The position numbers were made by a program, and so were the translations under genes. Positions 61,720-64,000 of a stretch of DNA of 64,000 nt are shown piece by piece; within the stretch, counting starts at the first letter, position 1; the number at the start of each line of letters is the position of its first letter. A model generated the notes under the pieces. It saw only the letters and a program-made list of their open reading frames with translations, had not been told where the DNA came from and made no database searches. The DNA is from an uncultured Clostridia bacterium (lineage in GTDB: Bacteria > Bacillota > Clostridia > TANB77 > CAG-508): positions 137,984-201,983 of the forward strand of contig CAKOTX010000001.1 of the NCBI GenBank assembly GCA_934120315.1. Reading direction: 5' to 3'.

Positions 61720-62181
61720 AGCTATTTTAAAAATATAAAAAGCACAATATGTAGACCATTCCTTAAAAGCACAGTATTTATCGACAAGAGTTACAATAAA
61801 GCTTTCTAAATATTTAGGAGGAGAAAAAGTAAGAGGCCACATGTGTTTTAAAATAATATCTTCTTCTTTTTCATTTAAAATAAAAAGTTTTTTTGCATTT
61901 TCTAAAGCTTGTTTAGGATGATTTTGAATATGATTTTTAGGTCTTATCAATTTGTCTTCACAATCGTAAAAGAAAAAATCATGAAGTAAGGCTGCTCGTG
62001 TTGCGGATTTATAGTCTAATTTAAGGAATTTACATATATTATAAGTGCGAAAAGCAACTGAAATGCAATGTTCAAATCTGGTATAAGCATAGTGATGTTT
62101 GTAGTGTTTTAAATCTTGAAAAGCTTCTGTATAAATAATCTTATTAATTAAACTAAAAAAATCATCATTAGTATTTTTCAT
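61717..62181 (-). CDS. small HD-domain protein (second paralog)
   Basis: HCISVAFRTY...ALLHDFFFYD and ILKHMWPLTFSPPKYLESFIVTLVDKYCAFKEW. Confidence 0.65.
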   Translation of the reverse strand: MKNTNDDFFSLINKIIYTEAFQDLKHYKHHYAYTRFEHCISVAFRTYNICKFLKLDYKSATRAALLHDFFFYDCEDKLIRPKNHIQNHPKQALENAKKLFILNEKEEDIILKHMWPLTFSPPKYLESFIVTLVDKYCAFKEWSTYCAFYIFKIA

Positions 62182-62420
62182 AAATACACCTCTAGATAAA
62201 TTTTAACATATTTTTTTCAAAAAAGTAATTGTAAAATTTACCAAGAAATCTATAAAAATTTATAATTTAAAATAGATATGCAACAAAATTTGAGATAAAA
62301 TGCAGAAAAGACTTGATTTTATGTGAATAAAATGATATAATTTGTATTATAAAATTTTTAGGAGGTTTTTATATGTATAACATTTATGTCCGCAGAGATA
62401 ATTCTTAGTTTGAGGTAAAC

Positions 62421-62741
62421 TTGGACAAAGATTTGAGCTATTCGTATTCTATTGAAGAAATAGAAAAGTTTAGTGAAAAATTGAAAATCCCAGTTGAACA
62501 AGTAGCAATACTTGCTGCTATTATACAGAGGGCAGCAGAAGACTTGAAGTTGGAAGAACCTGAGTGGCTACAGAAAGATTTTGATATTAGTAGTTTTGAC
62601 TTAGGCCAATCAATGGAGAGTTATAAAGGACTTGTAATTAATAGGAATGTGGATATGGAGATAGTCTTAGATAGATTGGCTGTCGAAAATCCAGAAAAAG
62701 TGGTAGATGTTAAAAATTTAGAGAATCTGTTTTGTGATTAA
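62421..62741 (+). CDS. hypothetical acidic protein (106 aa) with probable TTG start, preceded by an 11-codon uORF
   Basis: GAGGT 4 nt before the TTG. Upstream is GGAGG-tttttat-ATG encoding MYNIYVRRDNS then stop. Higher GC than its surroundings. Confidence 0.4.
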   Translation: MDKDLSYSYSIEEIEKFSEKLKIPVEQVAILAAIIQRAAEDLKLEEPEWLQKDFDISSFDLGQSMESYKGLVINRNVDMEIVLDRLAVENPEKVVDVKNLENLFCD

Positions 62742-62762
62742 GTAATTACAAAGATTTAGATT

Positions 62763-62806
62763 AGACCTGTTATACTTAGCAATAAGTATGGCAGGTCTTT
62801 TCCATT
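62763..62806 (+). terminator. intrinsic terminator
   Basis: AGACCTG...CAGGTCT followed by TTTCC. Confidence 0.5.
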
Positions 62807-62920
62807 TGGATAAAATAGAAAAACTTGACAAAAAGCCTATTTAGAAGTATACTATAATAGTATAAAAAGGCAAATAAACAATATAATAAGATTGTAGAAA
62901 AGTCTTAAGAAAGGACATTT

Positions 62921-64000
62921 ATGTCAGGAAATAATAATAGAAAAATATTTGATAATTTAGTATCAAGAACAAAAATCTATTTAGTAATAATTTTTATATT
63001 ATTAGTATTAATATCGTGCTTAAAAATTCAAATGATAATTCCTTCAATTATCATTTATTTAGTGATTTTAGGGTACACATATTTTGCAAATAATAAAAGA
63101 AAAAGTGAAATTTCAGAGCAACTACAGGATTTAACATTAACAGTGGATTCTGCAGCTAAAAGTAGTTTAATAAATGCACCATTTCCATTAATCATAATAG
63201 AAACAGATGGAAATGTTGTATGGAAAAGTTCAAGATTTATTACTGAATTTGCAAATATAGACATTAACAATTATATAAGTGATTTAATAATTGACATTAA
63301 AGATGAAATAGAAAAAAATAAGAATCCAAAAATAAAATCAATAATAAGAAATATCGAAATAGGAAAGAAAAAATATAAAGTTCAATGTGAATTTGCTAAA
63401 ACAAAGAAAAGTGAAAGAAAAAAAGTAGCAGAATATATGATGATTCTTTATTTTATTGATGAAACAGAAAAATATGATTTAAGACAAGAAAATGAAGATA
63501 AAAAAACATGTGTTGGAATAATTATGGTAGATAATTATGAAGAAGTAATGCAAAGAGTTGATGCAGAGCAAAAAACACAGTTGATGGCAAAAGTAGAAAG
63601 TACTGTATATGATTGGGTAAATGAAACGAATGGAATATTAGTAAAAGAAGATAGAGATACTTATGTATATATATTTGAACAAAGATATTTATCTAAAATT
63701 AAAGATGACAAATTTGCAATATTAGATACAATTAAAAATATAGTAAGAAAAGATAAAATGCAATTGACCCTAAGTATAGCAATATCAAATGAAGGTGAAA
63801 CTGATAGAGAAGTTTATAAATCAGCATCAGCAGCAATGGATGTTATACTTGGTAGAGGTGGAGATCAAGCTGTAATAAGAGAAAATGGAAAATATCAATT
63901 CTTTGGTGGAAAAGTTGAAGAAGTTGAAAAAAGAACTAAAGTAAAAGCAAGGATTGTAGCACATGCATTAGAAGAACTAATGTCAGAATGTGATAAAGTA
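62921..64000 (+). CDS. gdpP: cyclic-di-AMP phosphodiesterase GdpP (YybT family), 5' portion running off the window; not in the ORF track
   Basis: No stop through the end of the window. Two N-terminal TM helices, a PAS-like region, then the degenerate GGDEF domain (GIIMVDNYEEV...LTLSIAISNEGETDREVYKSA...GRGGDQAV). RBS AAAGGA. Confidence 0.75.
   Translation, partial: MSGNNNRKIFDNLVSRTKIYLVIIFILLVLISCLKIQMIIPSIIIYLVILGYTYFANNKRKSEISEQLQDLTLTVDSAAKSSLINAPFPLIIIETDGNVVWKSSRFITEFANIDINNYISDLIIDIKDEIEKNKNPKIKSIIRNIEIGKKKYKVQCEFAKTKKSERKKVAEYMMILYFIDETEKYDLRQENEDKKTCVGIIMVDNYEEVMQRVDAEQKTQLMAKVESTVYDWVNETNGILVKEDRDTYVYIFEQRYLSKIKDDKFAILDTIKNIVRKDKMQLTLSIAISNEGETDREVYKSASAAMDVILGRGGDQAVIRENGKYQFFGGKVEEVEKRTKVKARIVAHALEELMSECDKV

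Overview
This is an AT-rich (about 28-30% GC) chromosomal segment that reads as Firmicutes/Clostridia-like. It is densely packed with housekeeping genes on both strands. The recognisable blocks are: a tRNA-Arg(TCT); the str operon rpsL-rpsG-fusA-tuf; rpsB-tsf; plsX-acpP-rnc followed by a radical-SAM gene; rpoB-rpoC; DNA repair and recombination genes (ruvA, rarA, addB, xth, SNF2/SWIM helicase); sporulation and germination genes (sigH, Ger(x)B/Ger(x)C); murI, cmk, trmFO and the start of gdpP. Core operon synteny is broken in several places. The str operon is about 24 kb from rpoBC instead of adjacent, ruvA has no ruvB, addB has no addA, and plsX-acpP has no fab genes. The strongest non-coding signal is a roughly 560-nt ORF-free, relatively GC-rich transcript unit at about 6650-7210. 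It has its own sigma-A-type promoter and terminator and sits immediately upstream of a small 4-TM membrane protein, which is the signature arrangement of OLE RNA with OapA. Other candidates are a SPASM radical-SAM enzyme co-transcribed with a membrane protein whose Gly-rich tail carries a C-A-C-A-C-A-C-A run, two sets of three phased direct-repeat operator-like arrays, paralogous small HD-domain genes, GC-rich small genes flanking ruvA, internally repetitive acidic proteins, and several structured intergenic leaders in the ribosomal and RNAP operons. Every functional call is inferred from reading the translated ORFs and the sequence by eye; no database search was run.
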